In this document: positions 49,211 to 57,302 of the stretch, piece by piece
Layout of the letters: each line of letters opens with the position of its first letter
Numbering within the stretch: position 1 is the first letter of the stretch
Assembly: GCA_944390005.1 (NCBI GenBank)
Contig: CALXOJ010000001.1
Location: forward strand, 28,017 to 92,016
Length of the DNA stretch: 64,000 bases
Source of the DNA: an uncultured Spirochaetota bacterium
GTDB taxonomy: Bacteria > Spirochaetota > Spirochaetia > JAFGXN01
Direction: 5' to 3'
Made by a program: the position numbers and the translations under genes
The notes under the pieces: generated by a model
What the model saw: only the letters and a program-made list of their open reading frames with translations
Database searches by the model: none
What the model was told of the DNA's origin: nothing

Positions 49211-49744
49211 ATGAAACTGAATTTTATTTCAAAATCCATGTGGATTCTCTGGATTGGCGGATTTTTGATTCTGTTTCTTTTAACCGTTGTCAGCGGCGGA
49301 ACTTTTTCAGGAGTCGTTTTTCGCTTGCTGCTTAATGCAGTCTTACTTTTTGCGGTCATTGCTGCCGTAAAATCGATTTGGACGCGATTTTTGAAGGATT
49401 CGCCGTCGGATACGCCGCATGAAACTCCGCATGCGGAAGAAAACGAATCCGAAGATGAAATAATTCTTGAATCCGAAGACAATTCGGGATATAATAAAAA
49501 AGAAACCGAGTCTTTCAACAAATTTTCTCCAGGTGATGCGTTTTCTGCATATAAGTATCGGGAAGATGAAGAAGGATCCAATTTAAATTATAAGGATAGT
49601 CAAAATCCTTATCAAATGTCTGACGCCTTGTTGAGAAAATTCAAAGCAGAGGAAGAAGATTCGATCGCGAAATTTAAAGCGGCCTTTCAGTCTCCCGAAG
49701 AAATTGCGAAAGCGGTCAGGACGGAAATGCATAAAGACGGCTGA
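49211..49744 (+). CDS. Hypothetical membrane protein (two N-terminal TM helices, acidic linker, C-terminal helix)
   Basis: GAGGAG RBS; hydrophobic N-terminus; ends SPEEIAKAVRTEMHKDG. Confidence 0.8.
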   Translation: MKLNFISKSMWILWIGGFLILFLLTVVSGGTFSGVVFRLLLNAVLLFAVIAAVKSIWTRFLKDSPSDTPHETPHAEENESEDEIILESEDNSGYNKKETESFNKFSPGDAFSAYKYREDEEGSNLNYKDSQNPYQMSDALLRKFKAEEEDSIAKFKAAFQSPEEIAKAVRTEMHKDG

Positions 49745-49755
49745 AAGAGGGGAAA

Positions 49756-50544
49756 ATGACAAAACAGGAATGGTTGCAGATGGATGAGGACGAATTGTGG
49801 GCTCTTTACATTAAAACAAAAGAGCCGCATATTCGCGATATCCTGATAGAAAAATACTCTCCACTGGTAAAATATGTCGCCGGTAAAATCGCCATGAATA
49901 TGCCGAGAGAGGTTGAGTACGACGATTTGGTCGGCTGGGGAGTATTCGGTTTGTTTGACGCTATTGATAAATTTCTTCCGGAACGTGATGTTAAATTTAA
50001 AACTTATGCCGTGCGCCGTATTCAGGGAGCTATTTACGATGCGTTGCGGGCCGACGATTGGGTTCCTCGTTCCGTCAGAAAAAAGGCTAAAGAAGTCGAG
50101 CGTGCCATTCATCATTTGGAAGGATTGCACGGCCGGTCGTGCACCAGCAAAGAAATTGCCGATGAGCTGCAAATTTCGGAAGAAGAGTACGAAGATATGC
50201 TGCTCTCTATCAGCGGAACCAACGTTCTTTCTTTAAACGAAGTTCACTTTTCGGGAGATGATAACGATAAAGTTTCTCTGGACGAAAATTTAAAATCTCC
50301 GATCAGTCTGAATCCCGATGTTCAAATCGAAAAGGAAGAGGTCAAAAGGGTGATTATCGACGCCATTAATGAACTTCCCGAAAATTCCAAGCAGGTTTTG
50401 GTTGCTTATTATTATTACGATTTAACACTTAAAGAGATTGGCAAAATTCTCAATGTTACGGAATCGCGGGTTTCGCAGCTGCATACAAAAGCGCTGTTGA
50501 AATTAAGAGTAAAATTGACGGGAATTCGAAAAGGTTTATTTTGA
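49756..50544 (+). CDS. fliA: RNA polymerase sigma28 factor FliA/WhiG
   Basis: LVKYVA, GLFDAIDKF, FKTYA..RI.GAI.D.LR..DWVPRSVR, LTLKEIG..L.VTESRVSQLH. Confidence 0.96.
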   Translation: MTKQEWLQMDEDELWALYIKTKEPHIRDILIEKYSPLVKYVAGKIAMNMPREVEYDDLVGWGVFGLFDAIDKFLPERDVKFKTYAVRRIQGAIYDALRADDWVPRSVRKKAKEVERAIHHLEGLHGRSCTSKEIADELQISEEEYEDMLLSISGTNVLSLNEVHFSGDDNDKVSLDENLKSPISLNPDVQIEKEEVKRVIIDAINELPENSKQVLVAYYYYDLTLKEIGKILNVTESRVSQLHTKALLKLRVKLTGIRKGLF

Positions 50545-52478
50545 TGGATTTAACTGAATTTAAAGAAGAGGTAAAAGGAGCACTGGAGCGCGATTTATCA
50601 ATTGCGGAGGTGAAAACTTCGGGTACAACGTTAAAAGAAGCGCTGCGGTTGGCCTCTGGAGAATTGGATTTGCCTGTAAAACGCATTCAGTTCGATGTTG
50701 TTCAAAAAGGCAGTAAAGGAATCTTGGGATTCAGAAAAAAAGAATGGATAATTATTGCTTATCCCGGAAGCGAGGAGTCTGAACAGTCTGATGGGGAAGG
50801 AGGAGACTCGCTCGATGGATTGATTGATGCGGAAACCGGATTACCCGCGGATCAAGACGGTATTGCCATTGTTAAATGTATTAACGAGAATGTGACCCTT
50901 TGTGTTCGTCCGCCGAAAGGAAACGGAGCTCCGGCTACTTACGATCAAGTTGTAGAAAAACTGGCTAAAAGAGGTGTCGGTGCTTTTGATGAGGCTGCCA
51001 TTAAACGCGCTTTAAAATTGAAAGAAAATAAAGAAATTAAAATCGGCACTTTTGTTTACAATCCGCTGTCGGACGGAACGCTTTGGATGGAAATTTCAAC
51101 GGACGAAATGGAAGCGTCCGTCGGAATCCGTCATCCGAAAGCCGGAGGCCGGGATTTTATTTACACTGAGATTTATCAATTTATTTTATCTTATGACATT
51201 AAATTCGGAATTCAAAAAGAGGTTATCAGAGAGTTGGCAGAAAATCCCGTGTATGATAAACTTTTTGTTATTGCTCGGGGTGAAAAAGCCAAGCACGGCA
51301 CAAACGGATATGTCGAGTATAAATTCGATACCAATAAAGACAAGGCGGTTTTTAATGAAGACGACATCCGAATCAATTTCAAAGCGGCGTTTAACATTGC
51401 AAATGTGAAAGCGGGAGATGTAATTGCTGTTTACCATGAACCGACCAAAGGAATTGAGGGGCACACTGTTCATAACCGGGTTTTAAAGGCTTATGATGGG
51501 AAAGAAACGCAGATTCAGATTGGTGAAAATGTCCAATTGTCGGAAGATAAAAAACAGGCTGTCAGTTTGATTGACGGACAGGCGTTGCTGCAGGACGGTG
51601 TTGTCTCCGTATTGCCTGTTTATTACGTAAACGGGTCGCTTTCCATTAAAACCGGCGGAAATATCGATTTCATCGGCAGTGTGGTCATTAATGGCGACGT
51701 TGAGGATGGTTATGTGGTCAAAGCGTCCAAGGGGATTCAAATTCACGGCAGTATCGGTAAATCGGAAGTGGTCAGCGGCGGCGATATTGTTGTTTCGAAC
51801 GGTATTCAAACCAAGGGAGAAGGCGTTGTCAGAGCCGGCGGCAGCGTCATTTCGAAATTTATCGGTAATTCCATTGTTTTTGCGGAAGACAGAGTTGTTG
51901 TCAGCGACGGGATTGTCAATTCTCAAGTCAACTGCGGTGGAAAAATTATTTGTTACGGAAAAAGAGCTCGAATTCACGGCGGTCAGTTGAGAGCCGGCAA
52001 TTCGATTATTGCCAAAGAAATCGGAACGGCAGCAGGCACGGAAACAATTCTTGAGGTCGGAGTTAATCCCGAATCTCGAGAACGATTTAATTTCCTTGAT
52101 AATAAAATTAAGGAGAATTCGAAACAGATCGAGAACTATGATTTAAATATTGCGACCTTTGAAAAGACCATTAAAACAAAAGGAGCTTTGACGGAAGAAC
52201 GAAAAGCGGTTTATGAGGATATGAAAACTCAGCGGGATGCTCTTTTTGAAGAAAACAGAACAATGACAGATGAGTTTATCGCGTTGCGCGAGGAAATTCA
52301 ATCGGCAAAAGGGAACGGTGAGATTTCTGTTGAAAATATTATTTATCCGAATGTTAAAATCAATATCAATACGGCCGAATATACCGTTCACAACGAACTG
52401 AAATGGGTTACTTTTTTCCGCGAAGGGCCGATGATAAAAATGAAGGAATTTTCTGTCAATAAAGAGGATTTAAAGTAG
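50544..52478 (+). CDS. FapA/DUF342 family protein with an N-terminal Jag_N-like domain
   Basis: GTTLKEAL..AS.EL..VVQKGSKGILG (Jag_N-like); GNIDFIGSVVINGDVEDG beta-helix; coiled coil; IYPNV. Confidence 0.88.
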   Translation: MDLTEFKEEVKGALERDLSIAEVKTSGTTLKEALRLASGELDLPVKRIQFDVVQKGSKGILGFRKKEWIIIAYPGSEESEQSDGEGGDSLDGLIDAETGLPADQDGIAIVKCINENVTLCVRPPKGNGAPATYDQVVEKLAKRGVGAFDEAAIKRALKLKENKEIKIGTFVYNPLSDGTLWMEISTDEMEASVGIRHPKAGGRDFIYTEIYQFILSYDIKFGIQKEVIRELAENPVYDKLFVIARGEKAKHGTNGYVEYKFDTNKDKAVFNEDDIRINFKAAFNIANVKAGDVIAVYHEPTKGIEGHTVHNRVLKAYDGKETQIQIGENVQLSEDKKQAVSLIDGQALLQDGVVSVLPVYYVNGSLSIKTGGNIDFIGSVVINGDVEDGYVVKASKGIQIHGSIGKSEVVSGGDIVVSNGIQTKGEGVVRAGGSVISKFIGNSIVFAEDRVVVSDGIVNSQVNCGGKIICYGKRARIHGGQLRAGNSIIAKEIGTAAGTETILEVGVNPESRERFNFLDNKIKENSKQIENYDLNIATFEKTIKTKGALTEERKAVYEDMKTQRDALFEENRTMTDEFIALREEIQSAKGNGEISVENIIYPNVKININTAEYTVHNELKWVTFFREGPMIKMKEFSVNKEDLK

Positions 52479-52813
52479 TGGCGGTTCAACCGATCGATAT
52501 TCAGGTGAATTTTTCTCAACTCAATACGGTTAGTGCGGAGCAAACAATGGCTAAACAAGCCGCTTTGGCGGCGGACGCCGATTCAACCCGACGAATGATC
52601 GCCGAGTCGCTGATTCGTTCCGAGCGGGTCAAAAAAATTGATAATGATATGAACGGAGTCTCCGCCATTCGTGATGATGAGGAAGAGGCTGCCGGAAAAA
52701 AATTTGATGAAAATTCTTCTCCCAAAAAAGAAGAAGCGCCGGCTGCAGCGAAGAAGAAAATCGTTTTTATTGATGATCCCGATAAAGGACGGGAAGTTGA
52801 TCTGATGTGCTGA
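52478..52813 (+). CDS. Small conserved hypothetical protein
   Basis: TAGTG coupling to the FapA gene; MAVQPIDIQV...DPDKGREVDL. Confidence 0.75.
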   Translation: MAVQPIDIQVNFSQLNTVSAEQTMAKQAALAADADSTRRMIAESLIRSERVKKIDNDMNGVSAIRDDEEEAAGKKFDENSSPKKEEAPAAAKKKIVFIDDPDKGREVDLMC

Positions 52814-52825
52814 GTTAAGACAGAA

Positions 52826-53311
52826 ATGTTGTGGCTGCTTCTTTTAGATGTTATTGGTCTTATTTGTATTTATTTTCTTCTAAGACAGAAACTGCGGCGC
52901 GATATAGGCGTTGAAAATCAAATTGACCGTATTCGTACTCATTTTAATGATTTAACCGTCGATATGAACGGTGCGACTTCTCGGAATATCGAATTACTTG
53001 AAAATCGTATAAAAGAAGCAAAAAAGCTGATTCGCCGACTTGATGCGGCGATCTATGAAGCTCGCAAAACAGGCACTGAAGCTCCGAAGGTGTCGAATTC
53101 CGCTGAACCGATCAGGGAGATCAGGGAAGAAGAAGTCGAAGAGGACGCTGCTGTCAGACCGCCGATCTCTGAGGTTGAACGGGAAACAATTTTAAAATGG
53201 GCTCAAAAGGGAATGTCTTCCGAAGAAATTGCCGAACTTTCGGGAAGGCAATTACAGGAAGTGGAATTGATTGTTTCATTTTCGAAGGCGGCAGAAAACA
53301 GCAAAACATAA
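52826..53311 (+). CDS. Membrane-anchored coiled-coil protein with a C-terminal HTH-like (DUF2802/DUF6115-like) domain
   Basis: N-terminal TM helix, coiled coil, GMSSEEIAELSGRQLQEVELIV. Confidence 0.75.
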   Translation: MLWLLLLDVIGLICIYFLLRQKLRRDIGVENQIDRIRTHFNDLTVDMNGATSRNIELLENRIKEAKKLIRRLDAAIYEARKTGTEAPKVSNSAEPIREIREEEVEEDAAVRPPISEVERETILKWAQKGMSSEEIAELSGRQLQEVELIVSFSKAAENSKT

Positions 53312-53351
53312 AAAAAGCGGCATACAACCGGATTTTAATTATGTACGCCGC
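53310..53351 (-). terminator. Intrinsic terminator for the minus-strand operon
   Basis: Minus strand GCGGCGTACA...TGTATGCCGC stem followed by a T run. Confidence 0.6.
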
Positions 53352-53400
53352 CCTGCTGTACTTTTATTATCGGACAGCTCAAAAAATACTTAACAATTTT

Positions 53401-54693
53401 TTATTCAAAGAGACGGCTTTTTACTGTCATGCCGTCGATTCGGCTGCCGCGAAAATCAATGCGGATGCACTCTTTCGCATATTCGGCAAACCAGCGGCGG
53501 TAAAGATCCATTCGTTGGTCTGACAGAATCGGCGCTCCGTTGCCGTCTTTCGCTTCGCTTTTCAGTGGTGAACGGAGCAGCGCATCGGATTGAGTTTCGG
53601 CGGGATTCAGGCGATCGCCGGAGAAAAGAGCTTTTTCTTCAAAGAAAGAGCCTTTTGCGTGCGTTTTGCCGTCAGGATAACCGAGATCGATTCCAATCAA
53701 AAAAACAGTTTTCGGATTCATGAGACGTGCCGCTTCAACCGCGGTTGCGGCCACCGTTCCTCCCGAACCGAGAAAAGGAACGTGATATTTTTCGGCTGCG
53801 GCTGTTTCTCCCGGAAATCGCGATGCATAAAAAAGAATTTCTCTCCACGGCTTTCTTATATTCAAAAAATAAGTCGATAACGGGGCAATCAATGTTATTC
53901 CTTTTGCATTGAAAAAAAAGAGATGCATTGCGTTATAAAATTGAGGGTCGCCTGTAACAACAAAATCGGGAGTTATGCCGTGTTTTTGTAAGACTGAAGC
54001 AGCTGTGTCAACAGCCAGTAAAATCAGATCCGATCGGCAGTTCTTCACTTCATCGATGTGGTCGTCCAACGTCGGACCTGCGCCGATAACCGCTGTCGGC
54101 CGCCCGATTGCGCGGTTTTTCAGCTCCATTACCGTGCGCGGCATTGCGCAGAAGAGCGGCAGTGTGCGTTTGATGTTTTGGGAAAAACGCTTTCCGTATT
54201 TTTTTAAAGTTGCGGAGTTGGTATTTTCGATTTGTCTGCGGTAGTTTGCCAATGCTCGAATGCGAGTGCAAATGGACGGAAACAGTTTTTCGACAGGCGG
54301 CGGAATCAACAGGGCGGTATTTGAAGAGGGATGATCGGAAAGAAAGAGAGAGAGTGTTGCTTCGCTGAAAGGTGTTAAAATACGGATGTTTTTCGGAAAA
54401 TTCGTCATCAGTTCCGGATATTGCTGCCGCAAGACAGTATAAACGGAGGAATCGGGAACAATCATTAAAATGTCAGCTTTCGGAAACTGTTCGGCGATTT
54501 GCAGAGGCAGATATCCGAGACCGTTTTCGACAACGATGACGGCCTCTGTTTGCGAGGAGAGGGCGGCCGCGGTCTTTTCGGCCTCCCGGAGCGGATCATA
54601 GACGGAGTGCAGCGGAATTCCGTCAATCGAAAGGGAATAAGCACCCTGTCTTGAAGAAACAATGCAGAGATTCCGATTATTCGAGCTCGACAT
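53401..54693 (-). CDS. Motility-associated factor (Maf/DUF115) glycosyltransferase family protein
   Basis: LHS.YDP..EA, GLGY, IGAGPTL, AVDTA, PDFVVTGDP, GGTVA, IGIDLGY, THA.G. Confidence 0.85.
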   Translation of the reverse strand: MSSSNNRNLCIVSSRQGAYSLSIDGIPLHSVYDPLREAEKTAAALSSQTEAVIVVENGLGYLPLQIAEQFPKADILMIVPDSSVYTVLRQQYPELMTNFPKNIRILTPFSEATLSLFLSDHPSSNTALLIPPPVEKLFPSICTRIRALANYRRQIENTNSATLKKYGKRFSQNIKRTLPLFCAMPRTVMELKNRAIGRPTAVIGAGPTLDDHIDEVKNCRSDLILLAVDTAASVLQKHGITPDFVVTGDPQFYNAMHLFFFNAKGITLIAPLSTYFLNIRKPWREILFYASRFPGETAAAEKYHVPFLGSGGTVAATAVEAARLMNPKTVFLIGIDLGYPDGKTHAKGSFFEEKALFSGDRLNPAETQSDALLRSPLKSEAKDGNGAPILSDQRMDLYRRWFAEYAKECIRIDFRGSRIDGMTVKSRLFE

Positions 54694-56659
54694 AAATGAC
54701 AGCGTCTTTCTGTAGCACGGAGTTTGGTTCGGGACTTTGAGATACAACTTTTCCCTCTCCGGTGATGTGAAATTTAAAATTTTTAGAGTAAAGTCCGATT
54801 AAATCCCGTTTGGAAAGACCGATTAAGTCGGGAACTTTTCCGGAAGTTGGAGTCGGAATTGAGTTTGCCGGATTTGTTTTTAATTTATCGGAAATTTCAT
54901 AAAGAGAGTCGGTTTCTTTATAGACATTCAAGTAAAGAATCAACTTCTCTGCCAAATTTCTGACCAACGGCGCCGTGACGTTGCTGCCGTAAATGCTTCC
55001 GGCCCGAGGAGAGAAAACGGCTCCGTAAACAATAAAACGCGGTTTTTCAGCCGGAAAAAGCGTTAGCGCTGATGCAACGTACTTGTCATCATAATATCTT
55101 TTATTTTGTTCATCGAAAATTTGAGCGGTTCCCGTTTTTGAGGCTAACCGAATTCCGTTGACAGCGGTTTTTCTGGCCAATCCGCCTTCGGTTCCTTCCG
55201 TCATCATTTTCAGGATATTTTGAACAGTTTTATAAGAGAGGACTTCTTCAGAAATTGCGACACGGGCAGCGGCCACTTCATTTCCTTCCGAATCTCGAAT
55301 AGATTTGATAACGTGGGGACGCAGCAGGCGGCCTTCATTGGCGAAAACTGTTGCGGCAGTAACGATTTGTAATGCGGTCGTTGAAATTTCCTGCCCCATG
55401 GTAATTGTTGCAAGACTGCGTCCGGACCATGACGACGGACGACGCAGGACTCCTTTGTTTTCATTGCTGAGTCCCAATCCGATGCGCTGCCCGAAGCCAA
55501 AGTTGCGCAGTTTTGTATATAATTCATTTTTGCTCAAATACTCCGTTGATGTGCATGCCGCTGTATTGCAGGAAAGAACAATGGCATCTTTCGGAAATAC
55601 CCGACCGTGTGGCGTTACACATTGAATGACAGACGGAGGAGTGCCTGTTCCGGGAATTTCATATGATGCTCGGCAGAAAAGTTCTTGGTTCAGAGGGATT
55701 CGTCCGGTATCTAACGCACAGGCAACGGTAAAAATTTTTAAAACCGATCCCGGTTCAAAAGCATAAGAAATGGCGCGGTTCATACGCGAAGAAGAATCTG
55801 ATTTATTGTAAAAATTCGGGTTAAAAGTCGGCGCATTTTCCATAGCCAGAATTTCTCCCGTTTGAGCATCCATAACGATGAAAATCGCCGCATCTGCCTT
55901 CTCTTCCGTCATTGCCGTTTTGGCCTGTTGTGCAGCCATGTATTGAATTTGTGTGTCGATAGTCAGATAAACGTCTCGGGTAATCACAACGCTGTCGACA
56001 ACTTTATTTGCGGACAAATCTTCGTCGTAGATCTTTTCAACCCCTTCCCGCGCAATTCCGTCAAAATCAACAAATCCCAAAATGTGCGCCGCCAGCTCAC
56101 CTTTCGGATAACTGCGGCCTTGATTCTCTTCGATAAATTGATTGAGCCGCAAAATCGGATAACGATCAACTTTTTCTTCCGCAGACGCTGTTTGAATTTC
56201 ATTCCGTTGAGAAGCGGCAGCATTGATTTCGTCAACTTTGACCGACAGTGCTGCAATTTCTTCTTTGGAAGCACGGCGTTTATAGAGGCGGTATTTCCCG
56301 CCTTTGCTCAAATCGGTAAAAATTTCCTTTGCCGGAATGTTTAAAACTGAAGATAAAATCTCGGCAGCCATTTGATATTCTTTGAAATCGCCTTCTGTTT
56401 GGACTTTGTAAACAATATCAGTGAAAGTTGTTTGTGTTGCCAATAAGGATCCGTTTCGGTCTCTGATATTTCCGCGATGTTCGGCGGCATAATCGGAAAT
56501 TTGCATGGTTCGTCCGGCGGTTGATTGATTGCCGACCATGAGCGAGGCGTAGCGAAATAAAATAATCAGCGACGCTGTAAGCACCAGCGCGGCCGTCGCT
56601 AAAATTCCTTTTTTGCCTATTTTTACCGATTTGTTTATCCGATTTTGCTTTTTTATCAT
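54677..56659 (-). CDS. ftsI: Class B penicillin-binding protein (FtsI/PBP3-like) with a C-terminal PASTA domain
   Basis: TM helix; RGNIRDRNG, RSYP.G, G.EGVE; SVLK, SCN and KTGTAQ catalytic motifs; VPDLIGLS..QSP. Confidence 0.9.
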   Translation of the reverse strand: MIKKQNRINKSVKIGKKGILATAALVLTASLIILFRYASLMVGNQSTAGRTMQISDYAAEHRGNIRDRNGSLLATQTTFTDIVYKVQTEGDFKEYQMAAEILSSVLNIPAKEIFTDLSKGGKYRLYKRRASKEEIAALSVKVDEINAAASQRNEIQTASAEEKVDRYPILRLNQFIEENQGRSYPKGELAAHILGFVDFDGIAREGVEKIYDEDLSANKVVDSVVITRDVYLTIDTQIQYMAAQQAKTAMTEEKADAAIFIVMDAQTGEILAMENAPTFNPNFYNKSDSSSRMNRAISYAFEPGSVLKIFTVACALDTGRIPLNQELFCRASYEIPGTGTPPSVIQCVTPHGRVFPKDAIVLSCNTAACTSTEYLSKNELYTKLRNFGFGQRIGLGLSNENKGVLRRPSSWSGRSLATITMGQEISTTALQIVTAATVFANEGRLLRPHVIKSIRDSEGNEVAAARVAISEEVLSYKTVQNILKMMTEGTEGGLARKTAVNGIRLASKTGTAQIFDEQNKRYYDDKYVASALTLFPAEKPRFIVYGAVFSPRAGSIYGSNVTAPLVRNLAEKLILYLNVYKETDSLYEISDKLKTNPANSIPTPTSGKVPDLIGLSKRDLIGLYSKNFKFHITGEGKVVSQSPEPNSVLQKDAVIYVELE

Positions 56660-56681
56660 AAGTCCTCTTGAAAAATCGTTT

Positions 56682-57215
56682 TTAACCGTGTTCTGAAGAA
56701 GCGTCTTCGATTCTCGCCGATATTTTAAAAAGTACTTTTCCCTGAACGCGGTCGATTGTCACAAATCCGAAATCCCGGGAATCTGTCGAATGGCTGCGGT
56801 TGTCTCCCAACAGGAATATAGCATGTTTCGGAATTTTTGTAAAATCTTCGAATAAATATTTTTTGGAATCGGAAATATGAAGAACTTCTCCGTTGATTGA
56901 GATTGTATTTGGATCAATGAAGTTGATAAGATCTCCTTCCGTTGCAAGAACCCTTTTGATTAAAAGTTGGTTTGTTTGCGGACTTTTGAAAATTACAATA
57001 TCGTTGCGAAGAATTTTCGCATGCGTTCTGCTTGATAAAAACCTTTTTCCGTTATATAATGAAAGAACCACAATACGGTCGCCTTTACGGAGTGTAGGGT
57101 TCATCGAATCGCCGTCGATTCGTTTGATATCAAAAGATGCGGAGAGGATGACGGCCCAAAAGATTAGAAAAAGAGGGAATAGAAAAAATCGAAAGATTTT
57201 TTTTAAGGCGAACAT
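56682..57215 (-). CDS. lepB: Signal peptidase I
   Basis: SMNPTL (catalytic Ser), DIVIF, LIKRV (catalytic Lys), GDNR..STDSR.FG; start set at MFALK. Confidence 0.92.
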   Translation of the reverse strand: MFALKKIFRFFLFPLFLIFWAVILSASFDIKRIDGDSMNPTLRKGDRIVVLSLYNGKRFLSSRTHAKILRNDIVIFKSPQTNQLLIKRVLATEGDLINFIDPNTISINGEVLHISDSKKYLFEDFTKIPKHAIFLLGDNRSHSTDSRDFGFVTIDRVQGKVLFKISARIEDASSEHG

Positions 57216-57221
57216 AAATGT

Positions 57222-57248
57222 TAAACTCGCATAAAAAATAACCGATAT
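57222..57248 (+). promoter_or_regulatory. Sigma28 (FliA)-type promoter upstream of the LysM/M23 gene
   Basis: TAAA(57222)-N15-ACCGATAT(57241). Confidence 0.65.
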
Positions 57249-57263
57249 AACAGTATCGTTGTT

Positions 57264-57292
57264 ATTATAATGCTGACTGCAGAATGAAACAA
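57264..57292 (-). promoter_or_regulatory. Sigma70 promoter for lepB-ftsI-maf
   Basis: Minus strand TTGTTT-N17-TATAAT. Confidence 0.6.
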
Positions 57293-57302
57293 GGGCTTCC
57301 CT

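Noticed and set aside
49412-49434. Short tandem duplications (TPHE/TPHA here, and IRE-IRE near 53111)
   Set aside because: Two-copy in-frame micro-repeats in disordered linkers, with no array structure.
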